From a bacterium (GTDB lineage: Bacteria > UBA10199 > 2-02-FULL-44-16 > JAAZCA01): a stretch of DNA of 64,000 nt. Below are positions 8,814 to 19,019 of the stretch, piece by piece (position 1 is the first letter of the stretch; the number at the start of each line of letters is the position of its first letter). The stretch spans positions 480,001 to 544,000 of the forward strand of contig CAXXGI010000003.1 of assembly GCA_963674695.2 (NCBI GenBank), in the 5' to 3' direction. The position numbers and the translations under genes were made by a program. The notes beneath the pieces are model-generated. The model searched no databases. It was not told the DNA's origin and saw nothing but the letters and a program-made list of their open reading frames with translations.

Positions 8814-9628
8814 TATTCACCCAATTGTTTCATGAGTTCTTCATCTGACATAGCAGAAATGCCGTTGTCTTGAGAGCCAGACCCGCCAAGTTCAACGCGC
8901 TTTCCAATCAAGTCTGTAAAAAGACTGTTCAAAAGCGAAACGCTTTCTTGCCTAACTTCTGACTGTGGGTGCACTAACCCCTTCAACGCATCGAGCGCCA
9001 TTTTCGTTTCCTTCTCTCCCGCGTTTCCAACGTCGCCCATTGCCCGCCTCAATAGTGGGCCGCTTATATTCAGCACGTTGTTATATGCTTCCCTCTGAGG
9101 CAACTGGCCAAATCCTTCCATCGCTGAATTCATCGGACCTTGTAACCGTTTGCCAACAAAACCGGACGAAGATGGGATTCTTTTGGCTGCCTTTACAAAC
9201 GTATTCAACATGCCGACGACTGCCTTTTGCGTATTCTGCAAATCAGACTTCGTGCCCATGAAAGCGTTTCTTGTTTTAATGAACTGGTTCGCCATGTCCA
9301 AGTTGCCATTGACGGCTTTAAGCAATTCGCCATATTTTATGTCAGCAACTGGTTTACCGAGCATCGTGACTTCATTATAAAAATCGTTGTACGCTTTTTC
9401 CTTAAATTTCTTGCCCACCTCTGCCTTTGCAGATGCAGCAGCGGTTGCTTTTGCCGCAGCGACATCCGCTTCTGCTGAAGGGCTGACGAATGTCGGACCT
9501 GTCTTTGAAAAGCGTGTCATCACGGGGGCGGCGCCACGCTCACTGGGCATCTGAAAAGTAGACTTCGGCGCGGTTTGAGTAACGGTCCGCACACGTTTTT
9601 TTTCACTCGGCATCATAAAATCAGCCAT
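8813..9628 (-). CDS. Internal virion (DNA ejection) protein
   Basis: Translationally coupled, helical, AMGDVGNAGEKE segment. Confidence 0.55.
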   Translation of the reverse strand: MADFMMPSEKKRVRTVTQTAPKSTFQMPSERGAAPVMTRFSKTGPTFVSPSAEADVAAAKATAAASAKAEVGKKFKEKAYNDFYNEVTMLGKPVADIKYGELLKAVNGNLDMANQFIKTRNAFMGTKSDLQNTQKAVVGMLNTFVKAAKRIPSSSGFVGKRLQGPMNSAMEGFGQLPQREAYNNVLNISGPLLRRAMGDVGNAGEKETKMALDALKGLVHPQSEVRQESVSLLNSLFTDLIGKRVELGGSGSQDNGISAMSDEELMKQLGE

Positions 9629-9631
9629 AAT

Positions 9632-10078
9632 TTACCCCCCTTGACGGGTGAACCCCTTTTCTTTCAGCCAATCGACATCCTCTTGAGTGCCCGGAACCTT
9701 TTTCATTCCATTTGAATGCACCCACACACCGAATGGCGCTTCTCTCCCGACTCCTTCATTCGCGATAATCGTTCCGACTCCTCTGTCAACTGGTGGAGCA
9801 TCATTCGGACCTGCGAGTCCCGGCATTCGTGGAAAAGTTCCACCGCCTGACCCCATCGGGGAGCCACCCACCATGCCCATCATTTGAGACATAAATGGAT
9901 TTTTCATTTCTTGATAAATTGCCCTGTCCTCTGGCGACAGATTCTTGAACATCTCAAGTTCACTCTTGAGCTTTGCAAGTGCGTTCTCGCGTTGCATTTT
10001 ATTCCCCATTGCCTGGGAAACACCCTGCCCAAATCCGCCGCCGATCTGTGCGCCCATTTGGGCCCATCTGCTAGGCAT
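9632..10078 (-). CDS. Internal virion protein
   Basis: N-terminal GAQIGGGFGQG, typical of ejection proteins. Confidence 0.55.
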   Translation of the reverse strand: MPSRWAQMGAQIGGGFGQGVSQAMGNKMQRENALAKLKSELEMFKNLSPEDRAIYQEMKNPFMSQMMGMVGGSPMGSGGGTFPRMPGLAGPNDAPPVDRGVGTIIANEGVGREAPFGVWVHSNGMKKVPGTQEDVDWLKEKGFTRQGG

Positions 10079-11585
10079 GATAACCCTCCATTATTGACGG
10101 GATCGTTGAACCCAATTTCACCCCGTTGACGTAGTAAAAACCGCAGTCCGTCAGTATGTCGTGCGTGCAGGTTGAATCGCTGCTCACAACATCCGTTCCA
10201 ACGAGATTGTCAAAGTACGGGTGGCCGTCACTCATCACAACATCGCCCGTGTCAAACTTATGGAGGTAGAACTTGTGATTTTCAGGCCGCAAGCAACAGC
10301 TTGTTGCGAGAACCTTCCCACCCTTCACGGAGTCGCCGGGCCTGACGTCCTCTACGTTTTTAGATCCGTCGTCCGTTTCAATCTTCGTTCCCTTTGGCAG
10401 GCAGAACATGCCCATACCTAGACCTGCTCCGATTCCACCCGCGATCCCACCCGCGGCGCTCCCAATGAGCCCTGGGCTTCCCTGACTTCCAGGTTGTCCG
10501 CCAGTGGAAAGTTGGTACAGCCGGAAGAGGTCGTTCATTGGCTGACGCTGCATTTCGTTTTGCAATCCATACTCCCCGAGGGCCAACTGACGGGCACCCG
10601 TCTGCTGATTAAACGCCTGATTCTGCTGCTGTAGTTGCTGCTGGCGCTTCTGTAAGGCCGTCTGCGCCAAGAACTGAGCTTGCTGATCCGATGCGCCCTG
10701 CTGACGGAAAAGTTCCTCCGCCTGGGCTTGCTGACGGGCGAAATCGGACTGCTGCTGCATCCCCTGCTGTTGCGTGTTTAGGTTTGCGCCGAACTGAAAT
10801 GCCCCAAGCTGCTGCTGCCCCTGCTGCGCTGCCAACTGTGATGCGATGTCCGCAAGTCGGTTGCTCTGCCGATCACGTTGAGTCATTATCGCCTTGGTGG
10901 TTCCGCCAGTCGTCAACATCCCCCTTGCGTTCATGTCCTCAAGAATTCCAGCTCGCTCATCGGTGCCTTCGCGCTGAGTGAGACGCTTTGCAATATCGTA
11001 TTGTGGCGTGAACGAATCGCCGACCGCTTTCATCGGGTCGAACCCCTGAAAGTCCCAGTTGTAGCCCTGGAATTGGAACGGGTTGCGAGATTGAAAGTTG
11101 ACGTCGAAATCTGGGAGCTGCGACGCTTCCGCTATTGCATTCGCGTTCTGCTGATTTGCAATATCTTCGTTGAGTCCCTTTTCCCTTGCCGATTGAAACA
11201 TCCGACCAAGGCCACTAAATGGCCCCTTGTATTTCGTGCTCGGGTCATTTGCCGTATTGATATTCGATAGCTGCGATTGAAGATCACCAAGACGCTGCTG
11301 GCCTTCTAGCAAGTGGCTTCCCGAAAAGGTGGTCGGTGTCAGTTGACCTGAAATGGCCTGTCCGGGTGTGAATCGATTTGCAGATGCAGGGGAAATAGTC
11401 CCGAGCTGTCCCGCATAGCTATTCATCTGCGGGTACAGATCGGGATACATCCCCATGAACTGCGAAAGCATGTAATCGTTCAGCATGCCGCCCTGGGTAT
11501 CCCACCCTGGGCCTCTGAACGCTTGCGGATCACTTCCACCACTACCAAACAGCATGTCGGTTATGAAGCCTGCGCCTCCGAACAT
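10071..11585 (-). CDS. Ejection/pilot-like protein with C-terminal Hint domain
   Basis: Gln-rich coil, Gly-rich TM segment, then CLPKGTKI...VEDVRPGD...DGHP...FYYVNGV. Confidence 0.7.
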   Translation of the reverse strand: MFGGAGFITDMLFGSGGSDPQAFRGPGWDTQGGMLNDYMLSQFMGMYPDLYPQMNSYAGQLGTISPASANRFTPGQAISGQLTPTTFSGSHLLEGQQRLGDLQSQLSNINTANDPSTKYKGPFSGLGRMFQSAREKGLNEDIANQQNANAIAEASQLPDFDVNFQSRNPFQFQGYNWDFQGFDPMKAVGDSFTPQYDIAKRLTQREGTDERAGILEDMNARGMLTTGGTTKAIMTQRDRQSNRLADIASQLAAQQGQQQLGAFQFGANLNTQQQGMQQQSDFARQQAQAEELFRQQGASDQQAQFLAQTALQKRQQQLQQQNQAFNQQTGARQLALGEYGLQNEMQRQPMNDLFRLYQLSTGGQPGSQGSPGLIGSAAGGIAGGIGAGLGMGMFCLPKGTKIETDDGSKNVEDVRPGDSVKGGKVLATSCCLRPENHKFYLHKFDTGDVVMSDGHPYFDNLVGTDVVSSDSTCTHDILTDCGFYYVNGVKLGSTIPSIMEGYHA

Positions 11586-12136
11586 TTCGGCCCGTCTTCC
11601 TCCGACACAGGAGCCGACACTCCCCTTTTGTGCAATTTATTGAAAGCGCCCTTCGTGACAGAGTATCTTTTCACGTCGTGAAACTCGCCATCCGCATAAA
11701 CCTCGTTTTCGAACGTCCCATCTTGCTTGAACCCCACCTTTTCAAGCAGTCCGATCGACGCTTCGTTGTCTGCGCGCGGCGTGCCGATGATCTTGTAGAA
11801 GTTCATCGAGTTCATGACATAATTGCACATGAGTACGAACGCGCCATAGAACAGCCCGTTACGCTGATGTGCCTTGTCGATCATTCCATGAATGTGCAAA
11901 TTCCTGTGCCTCTCCTTGATCTCCGATAGCACAATGATTCCGTAAACCTCATCAGGAACCTCTGTATTTACGATCACGAAAGCATTTCTGACGTCCCTCG
12001 ACATCGAAAGCGTGAACGGCTCGGAATTGCCGAAGAACATTTCGTAATCACCTGAATGATTCCACCGATACACGTGCCCCGCATGAAACTGCGGCTCATA
12101 TGGAATCAGCATCACTTTGTTATTTGAAAGTCGCAT
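11561..12136 (-). CDS. GNAT acetyltransferase (RimJ/RimL-like)
   Basis: HQRNG and DNEASIGLLEKVGFKQDG motifs. Confidence 0.8.
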   Translation of the reverse strand: MRLSNNKVMLIPYEPQFHAGHVYRWNHSGDYEMFFGNSEPFTLSMSRDVRNAFVIVNTEVPDEVYGIIVLSEIKERHRNLHIHGMIDKAHQRNGLFYGAFVLMCNYVMNSMNFYKIIGTPRADNEASIGLLEKVGFKQDGTFENEVYADGEFHDVKRYSVTKGAFNKLHKRGVSAPVSEEDGPKCSEAQAS

Positions 12137-12145
12137 TAATATCCC

Positions 12146-13135
12146 TCACAGGTCTAGCCAGCTCCCGAATGCTGCCCTAACGAGACTTCCACTGCCACCG
12201 GCATTTGCTGCGTGCGATGCGTCCCCACCGTATCCGCCGCATCCGAACGATCCGCCGCCGCCACCACCAGCATTCGAGCCCGCCCCATCAACGCCTGCAC
12301 TTCCGCCCTGAGTTGTAAAGGAAAGGCTCCCTGTATAAGCTCCGTTCGTTCCGGTGTCTATTGTCGGGGCGATTAGGATGATAGTTCCACCACCGCCGCC
12401 ACCACCGCCCTTGTGACTGGAACCAGCACCACCACTTCCGCCACTGCACTTTATGCCGTAGTAATCCAACGATATTGATGATTTGCTGACAACCACAACA
12501 AGGCCACCAGCACCACCGCCGCACCCCGCAGCAGAAGCACCACCGCCTCTTCCTGTATCTCCGCTTGCGTCTATGTAGTTCAACACGACATCGCCACCGG
12601 CGATGATGACAAATGTTCCGGAACCGTGGGAATATGCGTTTGACGAAGCCCACGCGTTCCCTTGCCCAAGGCCACCAGCGCCAGCATGTTCAAACCCAGA
12701 ATATAAAGATGTCGCCATAAGGTGATTTGTGCCTGACTGATACGCGCTCGGAATCGATATTGCATCGCCGCCAGCCCCGCGAGTTCCAGCGGCACCGGCA
12801 GCGCCATCGGTAGCATCGCCCCACCCGTCAACGCCGTAGACATTGCTGTTCACCGTGTTTGAAGATAACGAAATAAAACCATTTGAAGCACCAGCAAGTG
12901 CGCCAACGGTAACATCACCCTGTACCCTCCACACTACCCGTTGCGCTTTCCATGGGTTAACGGCGGCAGTCGTTCTCAAATAAATGCCAGATCCAGTTGC
13001 GACGTTCACGCTCGTGTAATCTCTCGATGTTGCTGTGTCGGTAACTCCTGGCGCACCGCTGGACTCATTTAATGCACCATCGGACCCATCACCGCAATAC
13101 CACTCGTTCATGTCACCAACTCTCAGCCTCACCAT
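12146..13135 (-). CDS. Glycine-rich tail/fibre protein
   Basis: GDGSDG start, repeated GGGGAGG tracts. Confidence 0.65.
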   Translation of the reverse strand: MVRLRVGDMNEWYCGDGSDGALNESSGAPGVTDTATSRDYTSVNVATGSGIYLRTTAAVNPWKAQRVVWRVQGDVTVGALAGASNGFISLSSNTVNSNVYGVDGWGDATDGAAGAAGTRGAGGDAISIPSAYQSGTNHLMATSLYSGFEHAGAGGLGQGNAWASSNAYSHGSGTFVIIAGGDVVLNYIDASGDTGRGGGASAAGCGGGAGGLVVVVSKSSISLDYYGIKCSGGSGGAGSSHKGGGGGGGGTIILIAPTIDTGTNGAYTGSLSFTTQGGSAGVDGAGSNAGGGGGGSFGCGGYGGDASHAANAGGSGSLVRAAFGSWLDL

Positions 13136-13827
13136 ATCAACTCCATCGATATAATCCGAAATACTTGTGCGCCCGAGGTCTTTTCGATCTTCCCGACTAT
13201 AACATCTCCGACAGCAACCGCGGTTGAGTTGATTTCCCCACTTGTATCAGTGACAGCAATTGCCTCACTGTAATCAAACTCGTCTGCGGCAGCAATTGAC
13301 ACAATGCTTGTTCCGCTTGCAGTTTCAGTGTTTATGCTCGTGTCGATAACGTCGCCTTCATCGATGAGGCCGACCCAACTATCAAACTCGTGCGTTATCG
13401 CCGCAGCATTTGCATCGGTGAATCCGATCCGCAACTTCAACTGCGTACCGACCTTGTACTCGTAAGGAACAACGGTCTTAAAGGTAATCTGATCGTCGTT
13501 GGACATATCCACCGTGGTTACATAGTAATCCTCACCACCGATAGTAAGGGTGTATGCACTAGATGAAGGCTCCGTTCCGCCGTCGCCATAACCAATCGTT
13601 TCGATCCTCTTGCGCCCGTGCGCCGTCGTTATCGTCGCATTGGACAGTGTAGAGGCCCCAGAGAACACATGCGCGCCGATCCAATCGTAATCGTCCGTCA
13701 GGTCCATGTTGTCGGCGTCAATGGTGCCGTTCTGAAGATTATAAAGCTCATCGAACCGTGCATTGACTTCCAGCGCGTCGGCGACGGTGCCGTTCGTAAA
13801 TGTATATGGATCTGATTTAATCGCCAT
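13129..13827 (-). CDS. Tail fibre/attachment protein
   Basis: N-terminal YTFTNGTVADALEVNARFD, typical of podovirus fibre anchors. Confidence 0.6.
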   Translation of the reverse strand: MAIKSDPYTFTNGTVADALEVNARFDELYNLQNGTIDADNMDLTDDYDWIGAHVFSGASTLSNATITTAHGRKRIETIGYGDGGTEPSSSAYTLTIGGEDYYVTTVDMSNDDQITFKTVVPYEYKVGTQLKLRIGFTDANAAAITHEFDSWVGLIDEGDVIDTSINTETASGTSIVSIAAADEFDYSEAIAVTDTSGEINSTAVAVGDVIVGKIEKTSGAQVFRIISMELIW

Positions 13828-13838
13828 CGCAAAACCCC

Positions 13839-14300
13839 TTACTGATATTTTATGCGAACACCGTGCATATCAGAATTCATGTCAGTTGATGTCATGCTCA
13901 AATAATAACCGTAATTCATGTAATCCAATTCAACGTTAAGAGACATTGTTTTCACAACGTCTGCATTGGCAGCGGAATGCGTATAGTTAATATGATCTAT
14001 CTCTGTTTGCGTTCCGTCGATGTAAGCCAGTTTATAAAAATACACATTGTACGTTTCGAGATTCAGAGCCTGAAACGACCAGTCGATTGATAGTATCGAC
14101 GCGCCGTCACTCAACACAACCTCCTGGTCCGTGTCGCCAGATATAAACCTAAATGTCCCACCTCCCGGATATGTTGCATATTTTCCCTTAATCATCTGTG
14201 CATATAAAACGACGTACCACTTGCGCATCCTAACAAAGAAATCTGGATATTCTCCTGCGTCACGAGGTTCATTCGGTGGCGTTCCTATCTCGAATATCAT
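13839..14300 (-). CDS. Tail-region structural protein
   Basis: ATG at 14300 overlaps the upstream stop (ATGA). Confidence 0.55.
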   Translation of the reverse strand: MIFEIGTPPNEPRDAGEYPDFFVRMRKWYVVLYAQMIKGKYATYPGGGTFRFISGDTDQEVVLSDGASILSIDWSFQALNLETYNVYFYKLAYIDGTQTEIDHINYTHSAANADVVKTMSLNVELDYMNYGYYLSMTSTDMNSDMHGVRIKYQ

Positions 14301-15886
14301 TCCACATACTCCGGCTGTGACCCAAGATCGGTGACTCCGATTATCATTTCGTCCACCTTCATAGCTTCGCTTGCCGACGAATGACTCATCTGCGTCAGCA
14401 CCCAACGCCCAGAGATGGCCCTTTCTCCATCTGAAGGAGTCAATCTGCATCTGGTGTACTTCGTCGCGGGTGATGACCAATTATCAGTACCCCAAACAAG
14501 CGTGCCCCACATTCCGCCGGATGCTGCAATTGAGATTGCCGCCGCGCCGGACATTCGTTGTGTCGCAGCCGTAACCGTCATGTTCGTTGCGGATGACTGC
14601 GTGGTCTGCACGTTCAGGTCGGTCAATAACTTGACGTGGCTCGGGGAACCGAAATCAATCTTGCCTGTCTGCCATTTGCTGACGATCGTTTTTGAGTCTT
14701 CATCAAGTAATCCATAATCCTGCCGAAGCGCAAAACCGTTATAGTCACCAGTGACTGGCATCTTCAAACCAGAGGCGCTTTCAAATATCGCCATAGCGTT
14801 TGCATTTATGCCGACATGATAAAGGTTAGAACTCAATGTGCGGCCAGTCTTCTCGTCCGAGAAGTTATCGTTGAAATAATCGTAAACCATGATCTGGCTG
14901 TGCGTGGAATCAGACCCAAGTGACATCGAAAGCCAATACTGATTCAACCCTGTGTAATTCATACTTGAACACACGTTGTGTCGCGATCGGCTCATCGTGT
15001 CATAGAGCGGCTTTGCCGGGTCGCCCAACTGAATCAGGTTCTTTGTCCCGTTGAATCCCTTGATCGTCCCTTCGGTGGAGAGAAAGACAAGAATGTTCCC
15101 GTACCGTCTGGACTCAACCTCACGAATCGAGTATCCGGATGCGCAGCCCTCACCCGAAACGATTGTCTCGGTGTACATGTCGCGCGCAGGACTCGACCCG
15201 GAAATGGCATATATTCCGCTTGGCTTGAATACGATTACACGGTCGGCATAAATCGCATGCCCCGTTATGTTCTCACCACCGCCGGAAAACCTCACCACGT
15301 CATTGAGAAGATCCCAACTTTCACCATCTCGAAGACCGGACAGGTAAACAAAGTCATCCACCACGACCCACAGCTTATTCTTGTGAACAAGTGGCCACTT
15401 GAAATATTCTGGAGGAGAGCCACCAAGGTCTGCGGCATCTCCCGTGCCTGTCCATTTGATCGCCGCTGCATCGCCTTCCTTGCATCCGATGATAATTTCA
15501 TTCGCCGCCCCAGAATCGTAGAACGTGGCGAATGAGGCCAGCTTGTCTGCGTCGTCCGTGAGCGTAACCGACCCCGTCTTGTCCACCCAAGCCCCAGCGG
15601 TCAAATGCTTGAAAGCGTCGCCGCCCATGCCGACCTGATACAGCGTCCCGCCCAGCTTCGTGCTGTACAGCCCGACAAGAGGCTTTGCAGTCGTGTCCGT
15701 CTTCTCCTTGAACGCAACAGCGTTGAGCTTTGTGGAGCCTTTGCGCTGCGAGACAGCTTCCTCGCCGATATTCACATTCTGAAGGCCGGAAGACTCCCAA
15801 AGATGAATTGCCGTGTCTGAAATCTTGGTATTCAGCCCAAGAAATCGTTCAATCCGAACCGGAGTTGTGGTTTTCTCCTGGCCCAT
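14297..15886 (-). CDS. Tail tubular/nozzle protein (P22 gp10-like)
   Basis: FLGLNT start, beta-propeller-like composition, SKWQTGKIDFGSP...K. Confidence 0.7.
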   Translation of the reverse strand: MGQEKTTTPVRIERFLGLNTKISDTAIHLWESSGLQNVNIGEEAVSQRKGSTKLNAVAFKEKTDTTAKPLVGLYSTKLGGTLYQVGMGGDAFKHLTAGAWVDKTGSVTLTDDADKLASFATFYDSGAANEIIIGCKEGDAAAIKWTGTGDAADLGGSPPEYFKWPLVHKNKLWVVVDDFVYLSGLRDGESWDLLNDVVRFSGGGENITGHAIYADRVIVFKPSGIYAISGSSPARDMYTETIVSGEGCASGYSIREVESRRYGNILVFLSTEGTIKGFNGTKNLIQLGDPAKPLYDTMSRSRHNVCSSMNYTGLNQYWLSMSLGSDSTHSQIMVYDYFNDNFSDEKTGRTLSSNLYHVGINANAMAIFESASGLKMPVTGDYNGFALRQDYGLLDEDSKTIVSKWQTGKIDFGSPSHVKLLTDLNVQTTQSSATNMTVTAATQRMSGAAAISIAASGGMWGTLVWGTDNWSSPATKYTRCRLTPSDGERAISGRWVLTQMSHSSASEAMKVDEMIIGVTDLGSQPEYVE

Positions 15887-16851
15887 TACGTCCTCGGAAA
15901 GTTTGACGGAAACTGCGCAACCGGCAAGGAACTGCTGAGGCTGAACGAGTTCAACGACCAGACACCGGAAGGCTGTTTGTCGTCTGCAATCATGTCCTTT
16001 ATTCGCAGCTTAAACTCCTCATACGTCGTCCGAAACATTGAATCGTTGTTCAAATGCTTGAAGCAGCGCGCAATCGCATAAAGCTCCGGCACGTCATGAT
16101 ACTTTTCGGGGATTAGCGAGATGTCATCGTTCGCCGACAACGTTTGCAACGCCATCGTGAAGTCATAGTAAATCGTGTCCACGGAGTCGGGAACGCTGTA
16201 GAGCGACACCATCGGGTGCGAAACCGACCTATCCTTCGGGGCAATGGCAACATTCGTCACCGCAGCCGCGTTCGATGTGACCGTCACCGTTCCCACTGAC
16301 CCGGCGCTCTTGGATAGGCTCATCACCTTTGTGTAGGAATGCGTTGAGCTGACAGGCGTTGTGCCGTTCAGCGTAACCGTCTCTGGCACGAACACCCCGG
16401 ACCCGTTTAGCCCCTGGATGTTCACAACGACAGCGGTATCAGAATCGCTCGTGGACACGAACGACAACACAGAAGCCGCAGACGGCTGATTCTGCACCGG
16501 TGAGTACCCAACCAGGCGGTACAGATACGCATCCCCTGTGGACTCTGCACCTGGATCAAACCGCCTGAATTCTGCTTCGGTCTGATTGTCGAGGTGTCGC
16601 GGGGTGTCCGTACTGTACATCGTGATAATCTTTGACGTGTCCACAAGCGGGCTCAAGGCATACGTCTGAGTATCTGCCGCCGTGGTGAGCGTATAGCCGT
16701 ATTGGCGAAGCCACGACCACCCCTGCCGCTTCCCAGACGAAGACCCAACGATCTTCTGTCCACGGTCAAGCCAACGGATAATGATCGAGTCAATATCCGT
16801 GATCGGATGACACTCGGCGTTCACGTTTTTGACCTGCTCCGCTACGTTCAT
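15886..16851 (-). CDS. Head-tail adaptor protein
   Basis: WSWLR...TQTYAL, LYSVPD, DISLIPEKYHD adaptor-type motifs. Confidence 0.7.
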   Translation of the reverse strand: MNVAEQVKNVNAECHPITDIDSIIIRWLDRGQKIVGSSSGKRQGWSWLRQYGYTLTTAADTQTYALSPLVDTSKIITMYSTDTPRHLDNQTEAEFRRFDPGAESTGDAYLYRLVGYSPVQNQPSAASVLSFVSTSDSDTAVVVNIQGLNGSGVFVPETVTLNGTTPVSSTHSYTKVMSLSKSAGSVGTVTVTSNAAAVTNVAIAPKDRSVSHPMVSLYSVPDSVDTIYYDFTMALQTLSANDDISLIPEKYHDVPELYAIARCFKHLNNDSMFRTTYEEFKLRIKDMIADDKQPSGVWSLNSFSLSSSLPVAQFPSNFPRT

Positions 16852-17144
16852 TTTCCATGTTCCTTCGTGATGTGCATCTTCATGCCTTTTTCAGTTGCGC
16901 AGACATATCCGCACAGCTTGCACTTGAATTTTTCGACACCAGAGCCAGCAACAGGCGATTCCGGCATCTTCTCCGGCTCCTTGACCTCCGGAGTCTTCTC
17001 CGGATCGAGCGGCTCTCCTGGGGCTGCCTGTGCAGTCACCGGTGCCCCGTCCTCAGCGGGCGGACGCCAGAAATCATATCCATGGGGCGGCATGGCTTTC
17101 TCAACCTTCGGGTCTCTGAAAAAATCCGGTGTATCGTATCCCAT
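16848..17144 (-). CDS. Pro/Glu-rich protein with C2H2 zinc finger
   Basis: FKCKLCGYVCATEKGMKMHITKEH; GGAGG RBS. Confidence 0.65.
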   Translation of the reverse strand: MGYDTPDFFRDPKVEKAMPPHGYDFWRPPAEDGAPVTAQAAPGEPLDPEKTPEVKEPEKMPESPVAGSGVEKFKCKLCGYVCATEKGMKMHITKEHGK

Positions 17145-17171
17145 TGTTCCTCCTTTAATCGGTTTGCGAGA

Positions 17172-17201
17172 CGGAGCCCCGGGGGAGGGCTGGGGGCTCC
17201 G
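17172..17201 (-). terminator. GC-rich hairpin after the capsid-cement gene
   Basis: CGGAGCCCC...GGGGCTCCG inverted repeat; no strong U-tract. Confidence 0.35.
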
Positions 17202-17217
17202 CCCTAAAACCGCTCGA

Positions 17218-17997
17218 CTATGCAGCCGAGGTGCCCAGCTTGAAAGCCTGGCCACAGAACAGATCAACAACGGCTTTGCGAGCCACAGTATCCGAAGTCA
17301 GCGCGCATTTTAGCGCACCGATTCTCAGCTCCGCAGCGTCCGCAGCGCCATCATTCACGACAGCCGCATCAGCAACCACGGATTCGTTGATAACGAGAGC
17401 CGTGCCGGCAGCAACAGCATCAACGCCGGGGTGAACACCGAAGAACTGCACCCAACCGTAGTCATACTGATCGGGAGCACCCATCACGACACCAGCGACC
17501 ATATGGGCCGCATCACCGTCGGCTGAATCGTCCACTGCCCACGGCAGATAAATGACGAAATCGTCATTCACCGCAGGAGCGACCGAAAAAGCATCTGCCG
17601 TGGCAATCGTCACCAGGGTTGCTGTGTTGGCAACAACGATGCCTGACTCCCCTTCAGGAGCCGCACCGGCACCGCCGGCGTCATCAAGACAAACGAGCAG
17701 ACCATCAACGTAAATGTCAGCGGTAAGCCCGGACGTGGTGATTGACGTTGTGGTGCCAGCGGTGATGTTGTTAATCGCCTTCACGGCAATGTATGACTGC
17801 AACTGCCCTGCCGTTGCACCGCCGCTCTGGTCGAAACGCACATACTGGAACCCGCGCAATCCAAACTGCGGGTGCTGATCCCATCTGACACAGCCCTTGA
17901 CCTCCTTGGGCGTAGAACCAACCTCATCCAACAATGTTGCCCAGCCCATACGCTTGTTCGCGTACTGCTGTGAAATTGTACTCGCTGCGATGGTCAT
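17218..17997 (-). CDS. Capsid decoration/cement protein
   Basis: Follows the major capsid gene; FQYVRF and YGWVQ motifs; Ala-rich. Confidence 0.6.
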   Translation of the reverse strand: MTIAASTISQQYANKRMGWATLLDEVGSTPKEVKGCVRWDQHPQFGLRGFQYVRFDQSGGATAGQLQSYIAVKAINNITAGTTTSITTSGLTADIYVDGLLVCLDDAGGAGAAPEGESGIVVANTATLVTIATADAFSVAPAVNDDFVIYLPWAVDDSADGDAAHMVAGVVMGAPDQYDYGWVQFFGVHPGVDAVAAGTALVINESVVADAAVVNDGAADAAELRIGALKCALTSDTVARKAVVDLFCGQAFKLGTSAA

Positions 17998-18023
17998 TTC
18001 TGACCTCCTTTCATGGTTTCAGG

Positions 18024-18971
18024 TTATGCCGTCACTCCGCACATCACGCCGCACGCCGCAGCCCGGTCAGTCGTAAACTGGGCGTATAGAAGATACTTCG
18101 CGGCGCTGTAATCACCGTCTGCGGGCTCGATGAATTTCCCGATCGTGAAATTGTAATCTTCGTGGATGTACAGTTTCAGGTGGCGGGTGTTGAGGAGGTA
18201 AATCTTTCCGGACGGGCAGTTGTCGTCAAAAATGACGTCAATCCCCTGGAACTTCAGCGCCTGAAAACCAAGATCGGCAAGCTTCGGGTTCTGGTACTGA
18301 GCCTTGCCCTGGGCAATGTTCTCAAGATACCCAAAGTTCGTGTCGTCCATGACGATGATGTCCGGCTTGTTCGTGCCTCGCGTGAGGCTGCGAATCATCG
18401 TGGACATCTTCGGAACGAGATAAGTTCCGTATGAACCGACCGAGTCATCAACCTTGTTGCGCCAGAAAGCGTTTGTAGCGCGGTTGATTCCACCGAGTGT
18501 TCCGGTGGTCGGGTCGACGTCAACGAGAGCCTGCAAACCGAGAATGTCCTTGCCACCGTTCCCGGTTCCATCACCGAACATCATGACAGACACCTTATCT
18601 GCCATAGAAAGCTCGGCTTGCTCCTTCAACGTCTCAAGGATGCTGATCTGCTTTTCACGACCGGCGTTTCTCGCCCGGGTAATTCCGTCGATTGAAATCG
18701 GGCAGACGGTCTGCTTCCAGTTGAACTCCGCCGCCGTGATTCCACCGGGATCGGAGATGTCAATCGTGTCGCGACCGGCATAGCTCTGTGCGTTGGCCTT
18801 CTTGTAGAGTAGATCGCGCTGGATCTTGTCACCGCCATCGAGCTTGATCGCCTTCTTTAAAACCAAATACTTATACAGAGGAATATTGTTGCTGATATTA
18901 TCAGCCATAGTCTTCTGCAAATTGTTGAATGTCGTCGATGCAACCGCATCAAAATTTGGGTTTCCTGGCAT
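18024..18971 (-). CDS. Major capsid protein (HK97 fold)
   Basis: 315 aa; AEFNWKQ, FGDGTG...ILGL, GGINR...FWRN, PDII, IYLLNT. Confidence 0.85.
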   Translation of the reverse strand: MPGNPNFDAVASTTFNNLQKTMADNISNNIPLYKYLVLKKAIKLDGGDKIQRDLLYKKANAQSYAGRDTIDISDPGGITAAEFNWKQTVCPISIDGITRARNAGREKQISILETLKEQAELSMADKVSVMMFGDGTGNGGKDILGLQALVDVDPTTGTLGGINRATNAFWRNKVDDSVGSYGTYLVPKMSTMIRSLTRGTNKPDIIVMDDTNFGYLENIAQGKAQYQNPKLADLGFQALKFQGIDVIFDDNCPSGKIYLLNTRHLKLYIHEDYNFTIGKFIEPADGDYSAAKYLLYAQFTTDRAAACGVMCGVTA

Positions 18972-19019
18972 TGCTTCCTGCCGTGTCCCGATACACTTTC
19001 TTTCCCCCGACAGTTAGGG

